Below are positions 30,298 through 41,274 of a DNA stretch of 64,000 nucleotides, piece by piece; positions within the stretch are counted from its first letter, which is position 1, and every line of letters begins with the position of its first letter. The notes beneath the pieces were generated by a model that was not told the DNA's origin, made no database searches, and saw nothing but the letters and a program-made list of their open reading frames with translations. A program made the translations under genes and the position numbers. Location: NCBI GenBank assembly GCA_963740355.1, contig CAVUDW010000001.1:64001-128000 (forward strand), in the 5' to 3' direction. The DNA comes from an uncultured Gemmatimonadaceae bacterium. Its GTDB lineage: Bacteria; Gemmatimonadota; Gemmatimonadetes; Gemmatimonadales; Gemmatimonadaceae.

Positions 30298-31650
30298 TCA
30301 CTCCTTCGCGAAAAGATCAGTTTCGCGTTCGAGGAACTTCGTGTCGAAGTCACCGGACTGGAACGTGGCGTTCTGCATCACCTTGGCGAGGAACGGGATC
30401 GTGGTCGTCGGTCCCTCGATGATGAAGCTCTCCAGCGCCACCTGCATGCGCTTGACGGCTTCCTCACGCGTCGGTGCCTGCACGATGAGCTTCGCGAGCA
30501 ACGAATCGTAGTGCGGTGGCACCGTGTACCCCGCATACACGTGGCTGTCGATGCGCACGCCCGGTCCACCTGGTGGATGGAACGTGTTGATCTTGCCGGG
30601 CGACGGCTGGAAGTTGCGCATCGGGTCTTCCGCATTCACGCGGCACTCGATCACGTGTCCGCGCAGGGCCGGCATCTCGGTCACCCGCAGCGGCAACCCT
30701 GCCGCCACGCGGATCTGTTCCTGCACGAGATCCACCCCGGTGAGCATTTCCGTCACCGGATGCTCGACCTGGATGCGCGTGTTCATTTCCATGAAGTAGT
30801 ACGAGCCGTCGGTGTCGAGCAGCATCTCGATCGTGCCGGCGCCGACATAGTCAATCGCCTTTGCCCCACGCACCGCATCGGAGCCCATGCGCATGCGGAG
30901 GTCGGGCGTCATCGCGGGCGACGGCGCTTCCTCGATCAGCTTCTGGTGCCGACGCTGCACCGAACAATCGCGCTCGCCGAGGTGCACGCAGTTGCCATGC
31001 GTATCGCCAAGAATCTGGAACTCGATGTGGCGCGGCTTGAGCAGGTACTTCTCGACATACACGTCGCCATTGCCGAATGCCGACAAGGCTTCGCTGCGGG
31101 CGAGGTTGAAGCTGCGCGCGAAATCGTCCGCATCCTTCGCCACGCGCATGCCCTTGCCGCCACCACCGGCAGATGCCTTGATGATGACCGGGAATCCGAT
31201 CGACTCGGCGAAGGCCAGCGCCTCATCGACGTCCTCGACCGGGCCTGGCGTGCCGGGCACGATCGGGACGCCGCAATCAGCCATCGCCTTGCGGGCGGAG
31301 GCCTTGTCGCCCATGACGCGAATCTGGTGCGCTGTTGGACCGATGAAGGTGATCCCGGACGCAGTGCAGGTTTCCGAGAACTCGGCATTTTCCGCGAGGA
31401 AGCCGTAGCCCGGGTGAATCGCGTCAGCCCCCGTGATCTCCGCGGCGGCGATGATGCGCGGAATCTTCAGGTAACTCTCACGTCCTGCCGCCGGACCGAT
31501 GCAGACGTCGTCGTCGGCAAACCGCACGTGCAGTGAATCGCGGTCGGCTTCCGAGTACACGGCCACCGTCTGGATTCCCAGCTCGCGACAGGCGCGAATC
31601 ACACGAAGCGCGATCTCGCCGCGGTTGGCAATCAATACTTTCTTGAACAT
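30298..31650 (-). CDS. accC: Acetyl-CoA carboxylase biotin carboxylase subunit
   Basis: Motifs [36 protein letters not shown] and [14 protein letters not shown]. Confidence 0.97.
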   Translation of the reverse strand: MFKKVLIANRGEIALRVIRACRELGIQTVAVYSEADRDSLHVRFADDDVCIGPAAGRESYLKIPRIIAAAEITGADAIHPGYGFLAENAEFSETCTASGITFIGPTAHQIRVMGDKASARKAMADCGVPIVPGTPGPVEDVDEALAFAESIGFPVIIKASAGGGGKGMRVAKDADDFARSFNLARSEALSAFGNGDVYVEKYLLKPRHIEFQILGDTHGNCVHLGERDCSVQRRHQKLIEEAPSPAMTPDLRMRMGSDAVRGAKAIDYVGAGTIEMLLDTDGSYYFMEMNTRIQVEHPVTEMLTGVDLVQEQIRVAAGLPLRVTEMPALRGHVIECRVNAEDPMRNFQPSPGKINTFHPPGGPGVRIDSHVYAGYTVPPHYDSLLAKLIVQAPTREEAVKRMQVALESFIIEGPTTTIPFLAKVMQNATFQSGDFDTKFLERETDLFAKE

Positions 31651-31656
31651 GAATCC

Positions 31657-32850
31657 TCAGGCCGGTGCATTGGCGCGGAATGCATCCCACGACGTGTCGC
31701 TGGCCGAACCGACGCCCTGGATCTGGAGGGCGAACTCGCTCGGGTTGGTCGCGTAGAAGATCGCTTGGTCGTAGCTGATGATGCCGCGTGTGTACCACGA
31801 GAGCAGACTCTGGTCGAAGGTCTGCATGCCGTACTGCACGGTGCCATCCTTGATCAGCTCGATGATGTCGAGCGACGCTGCCGGGTCGCGAATCTTGTCG
31901 CGAACGGCGGCGGTGTTGACGAGGACTTCGCAGGCCGGGACGCGCCCCTTGCCATCCTTGCGTGGCACCAGGCGGAGCGAGATGATGCCCGCCAGTGCAT
32001 TCGCCAGGTTGAAGCGCACTTCCGCCTGCTGATGCGGCGGATAGAAGCTCAGGATGCGCGCGATCGTGGTCGATGCATCGGTGGTGTGCAGCGTCGAGAA
32101 CACGAGATGGCCGGTGTCCGCTGCCTTGAGCGCCGTGTCGAGCGTGTCGAGGTCGCGAATTTCACCGATCAGGATCACGTCCGGATCCTGACGCAGGACG
32201 CGACGGAGCGCAGAGCTGAAGCTGAGCGTGTCGGTGCCAACTTCGCGCTGGCTGACATGACTGCGAATGTCGCGGTGCAGGAATTCGACCGGATCCTCGA
32301 TCGTGATCACATTCGCGGCGCGATTCTGGTTCACATGGTGAATCATCGCAGCCAACGCCGTGCTCTTGCCGGACCCCGTGATGCCCGTGACGAGGACCAA
32401 TCCACGCGGACGCAACGCGAGTTCCTCGACGACGGCGGGAAGGTGCAGTTCCGTCGCCGTGCGCGTCTGGTACGGAATGCCACGCAGGGCGAACGAGACC
32501 GTGCCGCGCTGCTGATAGGCATTGACGCGGAAACGGCCGATGCCGGACACGCCGATCGCGAAGTCGGCTTCACGCGTCTGCTGGAACTCCTTCAGGTAGC
32601 GCTGCGGCATGATCTGTTCGGCGAGCGCCGACAAATCCTCCGCCTTGAGCGACGGATGGTCGAGTCCCACGAGTTCGCCCGCAAGGCGAATCGTCGGCGG
32701 ACGACCGACCTTCAGGTGAAGGTCGGAACCATCACGCTCGATCAGCGACGCCAGCCAGCTCCGCAGCTGTGCAGAAAGTTGCTTCCCCTGCCCGCTGATC
32801 GGCTTGTCACCGACGGACTGCCCCGCTCCGGCTGTCGTCGGATCAGACAT
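31657..32850 (-). CDS. pilT: PilT/PilU-family type IV pilus retraction ATPase
   Basis: Motifs [54 protein letters not shown] and GMQTFDQ. Confidence 0.9.
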   Translation of the reverse strand: MSDPTTAGAGQSVGDKPISGQGKQLSAQLRSWLASLIERDGSDLHLKVGRPPTIRLAGELVGLDHPSLKAEDLSALAEQIMPQRYLKEFQQTREADFAIGVSGIGRFRVNAYQQRGTVSFALRGIPYQTRTATELHLPAVVEELALRPRGLVLVTGITGSGKSTALAAMIHHVNQNRAANVITIEDPVEFLHRDIRSHVSQREVGTDTLSFSSALRRVLRQDPDVILIGEIRDLDTLDTALKAADTGHLVFSTLHTTDASTTIARILSFYPPHQQAEVRFNLANALAGIISLRLVPRKDGKGRVPACEVLVNTAAVRDKIRDPAASLDIIELIKDGTVQYGMQTFDQSLLSWYTRGIISYDQAIFYATNPSEFALQIQGVGSASDTSWDAFRANAPA

Positions 32851-33334
32851 TGGGATCGACACGGAAGAGCACCTGGCCGTATTCGACGGCAGACGAATCC
32901 TGCACCAGCACATCCACGACCATGCCGGAGACTTCGCACTCGATCTCGTTCATGATCTTCATCGCCTCGATGATGCAGAGAATCTGCCCCTTCGAGACAC
33001 GCGTGCCGACGGAGACGTACGGGTTGGCCCCGGGCTCCGGCTTGGCGTAGAAGGTGCCGACCATCGGCGACTTCACCTCGAGCAGCGTCGACGCCGGCTT
33101 GGCCGGTTCGGCTGCGGGAGCCGCCGGTGGCGGCGCCGCGGCGGCGGCGACTGGCGCCGCCATCCCCATCGCGGGCGCTGCCATCATCTGCGTACCGAGC
33201 ACGGCACCGCCGCGTTGCGCAGGGCTCTTCGAGACACGGAGCTTCATCCCCTTGTCCGAGGTGATCTCCAGTGAGTCGACGGTCGATTCGTCGAGCATCT
33301 CGAGGACTTTCTTCAGATATCGCAGGTCGATCAT
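32843..33334 (-). CDS. accB: Biotin carboxyl carrier protein
   Basis: SPMVGTFY, an EAMKIMNEI biotinylation motif and an Ala/Pro linker. Confidence 0.96.
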   Translation of the reverse strand: MIDLRYLKKVLEMLDESTVDSLEITSDKGMKLRVSKSPAQRGGAVLGTQMMAAPAMGMAAPVAAAAAPPPAAPAAEPAKPASTLLEVKSPMVGTFYAKPEPGANPYVSVGTRVSKGQILCIIEAMKIMNEIECEVSGMVVDVLVQDSSAVEYGQVLFRVDPNV

Positions 33335-33371
33335 GTGTGGGCTCTGACGGCAGAAGACGCGAAAGACATGG

Positions 33372-34463
33372 TCAATTCAGCTCCAGCAGTTCGCGAGGGA
33401 AATCGGTCAAGCGTCGGGGGCCAGCGGCGGCGAGCAGGACATCATCCTCGATACGCACTCCTCCCCAACCCGCACGATACACACCCGGCTCGACCGTGAC
33501 TACCGCATCGAGGGGAAGTATCGCGTCCGCAGACGACGCGAGTCGGGGCCCTTCATGCACTTCGAGGCCGATTCCATGTCCAAGCGAGTGTCCAAAACCT
33601 TCCGCCAGACCGGCCCCCTTGAGGTACTCACGTGCAATGGCGTCTGCCTCGCGTCCGCGCATCCCCGGACGCACTTCGACACACGCCTTCTCCTGCGCCA
33701 CCCGCACCGCCTCATAGACGGCTCGCTGCTCGGCGGATGCCTTGCCGACGACCACCGTCCGGGTGATGTCGGAGCAATACCCGTCGTGGATGGCTCCAAA
33801 ATCGATCAACAGGAAATCACCGGACTCAACAGTTCGACTCGAGGAACGTGCGTGAGGCAACGCCGATCGCGGCCCGGATGCCACGATCGTCGCGAACGGA
33901 AACCCTTCACTCCCAGCATCCCGCAACGCCTTCTCGAGGATCCCGGCGATCGCGGTTTCAGTCTGACCTACACGAATCTGTGGCAGAGTCGCGGCAAGCG
34001 CATCGGTCGCCATCCGCGCCGCGACCTCGATCAAGGCGACTTCGCCGGCATCCTTCCGCTCCCGCAGCGCCTCGACGAGGTCCCGCGCAGGACGCCACTG
34101 CCACCGTGCGCCGTCGGCGAGCAATCGCTCGAAGTCGCGATGGAGGAGATGGGCACTCTCGAACCCAACGACTTCGATCGTCGGCACGGTCGGCAGGAAC
34201 GCCCACAGCTCCGCCCAGAGGCTGTTGGCAGCGATCACTACCCGTACATCCGGCGTGACTTCTTCCGCGACCTGCGTCTGGTAGCGGAAGTCCGTGAAGA
34301 GCGTGACGGCGCCTCGCAACGAAACGAACGCCAGTGCGTTGCTGCCGGAGAATCCCGTGAGGTAGCGTACGTTCGGAAGGCTGGCGAGCAGTAATCCATC
34401 GAGATGCTGCTCGTGCATCACTGCCTGCAGCGCAGCGATCCGGGCACCGAAATTCGCGCTCAT
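33372..34463 (-). CDS. Xaa-Pro aminopeptidase (M24B)
   Basis: Motifs [40 protein letters not shown] and GVRIED. Confidence 0.93.
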   Translation of the reverse strand: MSANFGARIAALQAVMHEQHLDGLLLASLPNVRYLTGFSGSNALAFVSLRGAVTLFTDFRYQTQVAEEVTPDVRVVIAANSLWAELWAFLPTVPTIEVVGFESAHLLHRDFERLLADGARWQWRPARDLVEALRERKDAGEVALIEVAARMATDALAATLPQIRVGQTETAIAGILEKALRDAGSEGFPFATIVASGPRSALPHARSSSRTVESGDFLLIDFGAIHDGYCSDITRTVVVGKASAEQRAVYEAVRVAQEKACVEVRPGMRGREADAIAREYLKGAGLAEGFGHSLGHGIGLEVHEGPRLASSADAILPLDAVVTVEPGVYRAGWGGVRIEDDVLLAAAGPRRLTDFPRELLELN

Positions 34464-34930
34464 ACCTGCGAGGCGGCCAAATGGCCGACGATCGCGCGCA
34501 GCCCAAGTTCGTAGCTGGAAGCGCCAAACCCACAGACGACGCCAACCGCTGCTGCGGCAATCATCGAATGCCTGCGTTCGGGTTCGCGCGAATAGATGTT
34601 CGAGAGGTGGACTTCGACGAACGGGATCGCCACGCCGATCAACGCATCGCGCAGCGCGAGCGAGGTGTGGGTGTACGCGCCGGCGTTCACGATCGCACCG
34701 TCGATGTTCGCGCCGCGCCACGAATGTATCGCGTCGATCAGCGCCCCTTCGCTGTTGTGCTGCACGGTGGACGCGATCGAGACACCGAGTTCCGCCGCCA
34801 GGGCGGCAATACGCGCGTCGATCTGCGACAGCGTCGTGCGTCCGTACACGGCCGGTTCGCGTTCGCCGAGCAGGTTCAGGTTCGGACCGTGCAGAACAGC
34901 GATGCGGCCCGCGGCGCCGGGACTCATCAC
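34460..34930 (-). CDS. aroQ: Type II 3-dehydroquinate dehydratase
   Basis: Motifs HGPNLNLLGEREPAVYG, NAGAYTHTS and EVHLSN. Confidence 0.96.
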   Translation of the reverse strand: MMSPGAAGRIAVLHGPNLNLLGEREPAVYGRTTLSQIDARIAALAAELGVSIASTVQHNSEGALIDAIHSWRGANIDGAIVNAGAYTHTSLALRDALIGVAIPFVEVHLSNIYSREPERRHSMIAAAAVGVVCGFGASSYELGLRAIVGHLAASQV

Positions 34931-37491
34931 GACAACCCTTCCAGCCAGCGATGAAACTCGGATGGCGCCGGTCGCGACGCTGATGTCTCCGGTGCCGCTG
35001 CCGGTGCGGGTGACTCCGGTGCCACTTCCGCCGCGGCCGAGTCGGGAGCCACTGGCGGTGGCGTCAACGCAGGCACTCCAGTCGCCGACGGCGGGGCCGC
35101 AACCGTCGGCACCGGGGGCAGAGAGACCTGCGGCGTGGCTTGCGAGGGGGCCGCCGCGAACGGAGGCACGTCGAGCAGGAATTCGGCGATCGACGGCAGG
35201 TCGGACGACGGCGTCGGCACCGCCGGCAGCAGCTGATCGCGCTGCGCCGCCACCGGCAGCGAGTCTGTCACTGCCTCCAGATCCGGCTTCGTCACCAGTG
35301 CCGGTGGGTCGAGCAGAAACTCGGAAATCGACGGCAGCTGCTCGGCCGGCGTCACCGGTCGAGGGACGGGAGCGGCGGACGGCGGAACCGGCGAGGGCGT
35401 GCGCGACTGCGGGAGGAACTGGTCGAAGGCCGCCCAGGTCGCGGGTGTCACCGACGGCGTGGGCGGGATCACCGGCAGTCCACCAAAGGTCGGCGACAAT
35501 GACGGTGCTGGCGAAGGCGCTGGGGTTGGCCAGGTCGGTGTGCCGGGACGCGACGCCGGCGTATCGATCCGTGCCCGTGGCGGCGAACCACTCCCTGAGA
35601 AAAACCGATCGAACGACAGCAGAGGTGCCGGCGACGTGCCAGCCACTTCGTCGCCAGCCACGGCTGACGGGAGCTCGAGGATGTCGGGCACTGGCAGCGT
35701 CGGCGCTTCCTTCGGCAGTCGACCGACCATCTGGGTGGCCAGCGTGAGCAGCATGTCCGCCGCGGTCTGATCCGCCGCCGCGACCGTCGGTGCGCCGAAC
35801 AGTGATTCCAGCGTCGCCGTGGAAGCCCCATAGGCACTGACCGCAGGTGCCGACACGACATCGTCACTCGCGGATGGACGCGCCGGCTGGCCGAACACAT
35901 CGACCGAGACACCGAACATTTCGTCGCCAGCGAACGTGCTGTCCGTGCCCAGATCGGGAGCCGACGCGTCGGCGAACCAGTCATCGCCGGCATCATCGTC
36001 GGTCGAGGCATTCCACGCGGTGCCAAACGCGGCATCGTCCGATTGCGTCGATGGTGGCGACACCTCGTACATCGTTTCGAGCATCGATGCCGCGTCAGAT
36101 GCGGCCGAGCCGTCATCATCCAACTCACCGAACTGCAGCGCCTTGTCGGCGTCCTCCTGCAGCGACGTCTCAGCGGGGGCCGTTGCCAGCGCTGCCTGCA
36201 TTTCCGTCACCTTCGCCATCAGGCCGCGATCCGCCGGAGAGCGCACCAGTAACGCGCGGTACACATCGAGCGCCTGCTGAATGAAGCCCTGTTTCGCGTA
36301 GAGGGCGGCCATCGTTTCCGTAATGAACTCGGGCGCGGTCGACGCAGCATCTGTGGACGGCGTCTCCCAGAACAGCCCCTCGTCTGCAGCCGCGTGCGGC
36401 GCAACGGCTGGCGGCGCGACGACGGCGGCGGGCTCGGGCTGCGCCGGTACATGCGCGGGGGTGTCACGCTCCTGTGCCGTCCGCCAGGACGCAAAACTGG
36501 CCAACGCGCCAAAGCCTGGGCGCGAGAGCAGCTCGTCGGCTACCGGCTCTGCCGGGACGACCTGCGGCTGGGTCGGCGTCGCAATGCCCGCCGAAAAGTC
36601 CGCCTCATCCACAGGAGGCAAGGACAGGCCGGCGCCTGTAACCGCGGTCGGATCGACCAGTTCATCGAGGTCGTCGAACACGAATCCGACGCCGTCGTCG
36701 ACACGAATTTCCGCCGCGCCGGCGGTCGACTCCATCTCCGGCACTGGAGTGACGTCATCCGACAGCGTCGAGAGGTCAAAACGGTCGAATGGCACGCGAG
36801 GCACCGGCGGCAACTCGGGACCGGTGCCCGGCCGCACGAGCGCATCGAGCGGACGGTCCTGATTCTCTGCTCCGGAGATCGCGCGAAGTCCAGGCGGCGT
36901 CGGATCAGTGAGCGCCGAATCGAGCGAGCCGAATGCCGCGGCGGCCGGTTCCGGCAGGTGCTCAGGCTCGGCAATCGGCGCGGGGAGCTCGGTCAGGTCA
37001 CCAAATGGTGCTGCTACCGTCGCCGCCAGACCCGTCAGCTCGGTGGGCGCGGGCGCATCGACGACCGTGACCAGGTCGGGATTCGACGGGGCGGCGTCGC
37101 CGAGGGATCGGAGCAGCTGCTCGATTTCGTCGTTCTGCGGATCGGCGTCGAGCACCCGTGCGTACCAGGAGCGGGCCTCCTCCACGTCGTCACGCGACCG
37201 CGCAATGTCACCGAGGTGTCGCAGCGCAATCAGGTTTTCATCGTCCAGCTCCACCGACCTCAGGAACACTTCGCGGGCAGCCGCGATGTCGCCCTTCTCG
37301 AAGTAGGCGCGACCGAGGACGATATGACCACTCATGTGGCCGGGCTGGGCGGGCAGGTGTTCGCGGCAGAGCGCGATCGCCCGGTCCAGCTCGTTCGTTT
37401 TGCGGTACTCGTTGGCGAGCGGCACGAAATAGCGCCGCGGGTTCTGCATGTACTTGGCTGTCAGCTCTTGCAGCCGTGAACCAGGCGCCAT
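34927..37491 (-). CDS. TPR protein with long acidic/Pro-rich disordered regions
   Basis: N-terminal TPRs ('FVPLANEYRK', 'GHIVLGRAYFEKG'), an isolated internal TPR ('TETMAALYAKQG') and a C-terminal 'EFHRWLEGL'. Confidence 0.8.
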   Translation of the reverse strand: MAPGSRLQELTAKYMQNPRRYFVPLANEYRKTNELDRAIALCREHLPAQPGHMSGHIVLGRAYFEKGDIAAAREVFLRSVELDDENLIALRHLGDIARSRDDVEEARSWYARVLDADPQNDEIEQLLRSLGDAAPSNPDLVTVVDAPAPTELTGLAATVAAPFGDLTELPAPIAEPEHLPEPAAAAFGSLDSALTDPTPPGLRAISGAENQDRPLDALVRPGTGPELPPVPRVPFDRFDLSTLSDDVTPVPEMESTAGAAEIRVDDGVGFVFDDLDELVDPTAVTGAGLSLPPVDEADFSAGIATPTQPQVVPAEPVADELLSRPGFGALASFASWRTAQERDTPAHVPAQPEPAAVVAPPAVAPHAAADEGLFWETPSTDAASTAPEFITETMAALYAKQGFIQQALDVYRALLVRSPADRGLMAKVTEMQAALATAPAETSLQEDADKALQFGELDDDGSAASDAASMLETMYEVSPPSTQSDDAAFGTAWNASTDDDAGDDWFADASAPDLGTDSTFAGDEMFGVSVDVFGQPARPSASDDVVSAPAVSAYGASTATLESLFGAPTVAAADQTAADMLLTLATQMVGRLPKEAPTLPVPDILELPSAVAGDEVAGTSPAPLLSFDRFFSGSGSPPRARIDTPASRPGTPTWPTPAPSPAPSLSPTFGGLPVIPPTPSVTPATWAAFDQFLPQSRTPSPVPPSAAPVPRPVTPAEQLPSISEFLLDPPALVTKPDLEAVTDSLPVAAQRDQLLPAVPTPSSDLPSIAEFLLDVPPFAAAPSQATPQVSLPPVPTVAAPPSATGVPALTPPPVAPDSAAAEVAPESPAPAAAPETSASRPAPSEFHRWLEGLS

Positions 37492-37694
37492 CGAAACCTC
37501 TGGAATTTTCAGCTCGTGCGCCGGCTCAGGCCGGAACGCCGGAAATCGCAAGATAGCCGACGTGGCAGAGGAGCGTCAAATGGCACTCGCACATCGAAGT
37601 GTCGGTATCACTTGAAGTTGCCCCCCTTAGCGGCCTAACTTTCGCGGCTATTCTCTCCCGCGGTCCAGGTCGTTCCCTCGAGGAGTTCTGTTCA

Positions 37695-39542
37695 GTGCTG
37701 CAGACGTTCCGCTCGTTCGGTAAGTACATCTTCTGGGGCCTCGCCGTGACGTTCATCGGCGGCTTCGTCTTTTACGAATCCTCGGGACTCTTCGGTCGCG
37801 AGTCCGGGCCGACGATCGGCTCGACCGTCATGAAGGTCGATGGCCAGGAGGTTCCCTACGGCTCCTACCAGCGCGCCCTCGAGGCCGCGGTACAGTCGGA
37901 GGAACAGCAGCGCGGACATTCGCTCACCCTCGATGAGCGCGCGCAGGTCGAGAAGAAGACCTACGATGAGATCGTGCAGGAGATTTTGCTCGAGCACGAG
38001 TACAAGAAGCGCGGCATCTCCGTGACGCAGGAGGAGATCGTCGAGTACGCGAAGTTCTCGCCGCCGCCGCAATACGCACAGCTGCCCGAGATGCAGACGA
38101 ACGGGCAGTTCGATTTCGAGAAGTACCAGCGCTTCCTGCGGAGCCCGCAGGCTCGTCAACAGGGATTGCTGGCGCAGCTCGAGGGCTACTATCGCACCAC
38201 CATCCCGAAGCAGAAGCTGTTCGAGCAAGTTGCGGCTGGCGCCTTCGTCAGCGACGCGCGCCTCTGGCAGATCTACCAGGATTCGCACGACTCGGCGCAG
38301 GTGTCCTACATCGCCATGCGCCCAACGACAGCAGCGCCGGCGGAAATCACCGACGCCCAGGCTCGCACGTACTACGAAGCGCACAAGTCTGAATATCAGC
38401 GCCCTGGTCGGGCCGCCGTGTCAGTGCTGGCGATTCCGTTGCAGGTGACGGCGGCGGACAGCATCGCCGCCCGCGATTCCATCATCAAGCTGCGCGCCCA
38501 GATCATGGCCGCCTCAGACCAGAAGGCCGTCTTCACGGATCTTGCCACGCGGGTGTCGAATGACACGATTTCTGCCACGCGTGGCGGTGACCTCGGCAAG
38601 AGCAAGAAGGCCGAAGGGTTCGTGGCCCAGTTCACCGACGCCGCCAATGCGCTGACGACAGTCGGCGAGATTTCGCCGCCGGTGAAGACGGATTTCGGCT
38701 GGCACCTGATTCGTCTCGACGCGAAAGCGGGCGACACGCTCAGCCTGCGCCACATCCTGATCGCCGTCACGATGAATGAAGCGACGGCCTCGCGTGTCTC
38801 GAAGCGCGCCGACTCGCTGTCGAAGATGGCGGCTGGTGCAGAGACGCCGAAGAAGTTCGACGACGCTGCCAAGGCGCTCAACCTCCCGGTCATGCGCGCC
38901 ACGGCCTTCGAAGGTGACCCGCTCACTGTCGCCGGCCGCTATGTGCCGAACGTCAGTGCCTGGGCATTCAGTGGTGCGCGTGCCGGTGAGTCGAGCGACA
39001 TGTTCGATGACCCGTCTGGTTATTACGTCGCCCGACTCGACACGCTGCACGCAGAAGGCATTGCCGCCTTCGACGAAGTGAAGGACGAGATCAAGGAGCG
39101 CCTGGCGCGCGAGAAGGTCATGGACGAATTCATGACGATGGGCCGCAACATCACCCAGTCCGCGGCCACGAAGGGCTTCGAGGCTGCGGCGCAGCTTCGC
39201 GCTCTCACGGTCTCGAAGTCCTCCACCTTTGCGCGCACGATGCAGACCGAAGGCCTTGGTGGCTTCAACGAAGCCATCGGCGCGGCCTTCTCGCTCCCGC
39301 TTGGTGCGACGAGCCAGCCGATTCGCACGGCTGAAGGCGTCTTCGTGATTCGTGTCGACCGCCGCGTGGCAGCCGACAAGGCCGAGTGGGAAAAGCAGAA
39401 GGAGCAGCAGCGCGCGCAGGTCCTGCGCGGCATGCGCGAGCAGATGGTCCGCGACTACCTCGAAGGCCTGCGCAAGAGCGCCTCGATCGTCGACAACCGC
39501 AAGAAGTTGAACGCCGCTGGTCGTCGTCAGTCCGCCGCGTAG
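37695..39542 (+). CDS. SurA/PpiD-like peptidylprolyl isomerase
   Basis: AGGAG RBS before the GTG at 37695, an N-terminal TM, a SurA_N-like region and rotamase motifs GGDLG and 'SPPVKTDFGWHLI'. Confidence 0.88.
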   Translation: MLQTFRSFGKYIFWGLAVTFIGGFVFYESSGLFGRESGPTIGSTVMKVDGQEVPYGSYQRALEAAVQSEEQQRGHSLTLDERAQVEKKTYDEIVQEILLEHEYKKRGISVTQEEIVEYAKFSPPPQYAQLPEMQTNGQFDFEKYQRFLRSPQARQQGLLAQLEGYYRTTIPKQKLFEQVAAGAFVSDARLWQIYQDSHDSAQVSYIAMRPTTAAPAEITDAQARTYYEAHKSEYQRPGRAAVSVLAIPLQVTAADSIAARDSIIKLRAQIMAASDQKAVFTDLATRVSNDTISATRGGDLGKSKKAEGFVAQFTDAANALTTVGEISPPVKTDFGWHLIRLDAKAGDTLSLRHILIAVTMNEATASRVSKRADSLSKMAAGAETPKKFDDAAKALNLPVMRATAFEGDPLTVAGRYVPNVSAWAFSGARAGESSDMFDDPSGYYVARLDTLHAEGIAAFDEVKDEIKERLAREKVMDEFMTMGRNITQSAATKGFEAAAQLRALTVSKSSTFARTMQTEGLGGFNEAIGAAFSLPLGATSQPIRTAEGVFVIRVDRRVAADKAEWEKQKEQQRAQVLRGMREQMVRDYLEGLRKSASIVDNRKKLNAAGRRQSAA

Positions 39543-39635
39543 GGCGGTGCGTGAGACTGCAGTGAGACTCGTCAGCGTCAGTGAGGACGCGACGTCTCAC
39601 TGCACCAGACGTTGAATGTCAACAGAGCAAACGCG

Positions 39636-39669
39636 AGCGGGGCCCCAGGACATGTCCTGGGGCCCCGCT
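39636..39669. terminator. Perfect 34-bp palindrome between convergent genes (probable bidirectional terminator)
   Basis: AGCGGGGCCCCAGGACATGTCCTGGGGCCCCGCT is its own reverse complement. Confidence 0.65.
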
Positions 39670-39721
39670 TCGCTTCGGCGCAAGCCGAACGATGAACAGC
39701 CGCACCGAAGAAAACGCGCGG

Positions 39722-39973
39722 TTACATCAATCGCTTTGGCTCAGCGGTCGGATCATCGACGCGGACCGGCGTCTCGACAGCTCGCGGCACCTCGGCGCGG
39801 GAGCTCATCTCACCCTCGCGGAAGGACTTGTCGACGTCGTTGATGTTCTTCTTGAACTGGTTGATGCCCTTGCCGAGCGCGCCTGCGATCTCAGGAATCC
39901 GCTTCGCGCCAAACAGCAACAGCACCACCACCAGGATCAGCATGGTCTCGCCCATGCCCAGTCCGAACGGCAT
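39722..39973 (-). CDS. tatA: Twin-arginine translocase TatA/TatE subunit
   Basis: Motif 'LLLFGAKRIPEIAGALGKGINQFKK'. Confidence 0.93.
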   Translation of the reverse strand: MPFGLGMGETMLILVVVLLLFGAKRIPEIAGALGKGINQFKKNINDVDKSFREGEMSSRAEVPRAVETPVRVDDPTAEPKRLM

Positions 39974-39982
39974 AAAAATCTC

Positions 39983-40267
39983 CTAGAAAAGGGACCGCGC
40001 GATGAGGTACGCGATCAGTACCCCGAGCAGACTCAGAAGTGACACATCGAGGGCAATCGGGCCCAATGCAAACTTGAGGATAACCAGGTCAATCTGCAAC
40101 GGACCGAGACTCGGCGTGACGCCTGTGGTCAGGAATTCCTTGACACTGCCCGCCGGAAGGAATCGACGCGAAAATTGCGTCAGAAAGCCACCGACGATGA
40201 AGCCAACTGCGAGCACGATCGCATGAAATGCCGGCCGATGCCGGGAGGAACCACCACGAGAAGCCAT
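39983..40267 (-). CDS. Small membrane protein (DUF4321-like)
   Basis: Two hydrophobic segments including 'IDLVILKFALG...LDVSLLSLLGVLIA', with a GGAA-type RBS. Confidence 0.65.
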   Translation of the reverse strand: MASRGGSSRHRPAFHAIVLAVGFIVGGFLTQFSRRFLPAGSVKEFLTTGVTPSLGPLQIDLVILKFALGPIALDVSLLSLLGVLIAYLIARSLF

Positions 40268-40269
40268 TC

Positions 40270-41274
40270 TTACCAGCGCCGATCAAGGACATAACCAACC
40301 AACTCGAGCATCGCCGCCCGTGCCGCCGTATCCGGCAGCGAGAGCGCGATCTCTTCGGCCTCTTGTGCAAAAAGCTCGCCTTTGCGGCGGGCATAGTCGA
40401 TCCCGTCTGCCTCGACCACCAGACTGATGACACGACTGATGGCTGCCTCCCCCGGTTCGCCAAGCTCGAAGAACCGTTCGACTTCGCGACGTGCTGTCGC
40501 CGGCATTCGACGCAGCGCGGCGATCAAAGGCAACGTCACCTTCCGCTCGCGCAGGTCGGCGCCGGACGGCTTACCGGTGATCTCCTGGCCCTCGATGTAG
40601 TCGAGCAGGTCATCGGCAACCTGGAAGGCCATGCCGATACGCTCACCGAACTGGGCGAGTGCCACGCGATGCGAGGGGGCACCACAGATCGCCCCCACTT
40701 CACAGGCCGCACTCATCAGCGACGCCGTCTTGGCGTGGTTCAGCTGGAAATACTCCTCCTCGCTGAACTGAAGACGATCGACGGCCGAGAGCTGCCACAT
40801 CTCGCCCATCGTCATCGCGTTTGCGGCATTGGCGATCACGTTGAGCACGTCGAGATCACCAGATCGCACGAGGTGCCGGACCGCACGAGAATACAGGTAG
40901 TCGCCCATGATGACCGACACCTGATGGCTGAACACGGCATTCACCGTCGGCATGCCACGGCGCATCACGCTGTGATCGACGGAATCGTCATGCACGATGC
41001 TCGAGAGATGCACGAGCTCGAGTACCGCAGCATGATCGATGGCCAGCGGATTCCGCGTCTCTTCGACGGCGTTTGCCAGCAACAGCAATGCCGGCCGCAG
41101 GAGCTTTCCCTGCATGCCCTGCAAGTGTCGATTGACATCGCCAATGAGCGGGTTCTCGTCGGCGACGATCTCCCACATGCGCAATGAAACGAGATCGAGC
41201 TCCGCGCGAACCGGATATTGAATACCGGCCAACGGGTTGTCGAGCCCGGCCCTCGCGGGAACCGGTAGGCTCAT
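40270..41274 (-). CDS. Polyprenyl diphosphate synthase (IspB-like)
   Basis: Motifs GKLLRP, HDDSVD..RRG, GD, KTA, FQVADDLLD and GKPSGADLRE. Confidence 0.93.
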   Translation of the reverse strand: MSLPVPARAGLDNPLAGIQYPVRAELDLVSLRMWEIVADENPLIGDVNRHLQGMQGKLLRPALLLLANAVEETRNPLAIDHAAVLELVHLSSIVHDDSVDHSVMRRGMPTVNAVFSHQVSVIMGDYLYSRAVRHLVRSGDLDVLNVIANAANAMTMGEMWQLSAVDRLQFSEEEYFQLNHAKTASLMSAACEVGAICGAPSHRVALAQFGERIGMAFQVADDLLDYIEGQEITGKPSGADLRERKVTLPLIAALRRMPATARREVERFFELGEPGEAAISRVISLVVEADGIDYARRKGELFAQEAEEIALSLPDTAARAAMLELVGYVLDRRW

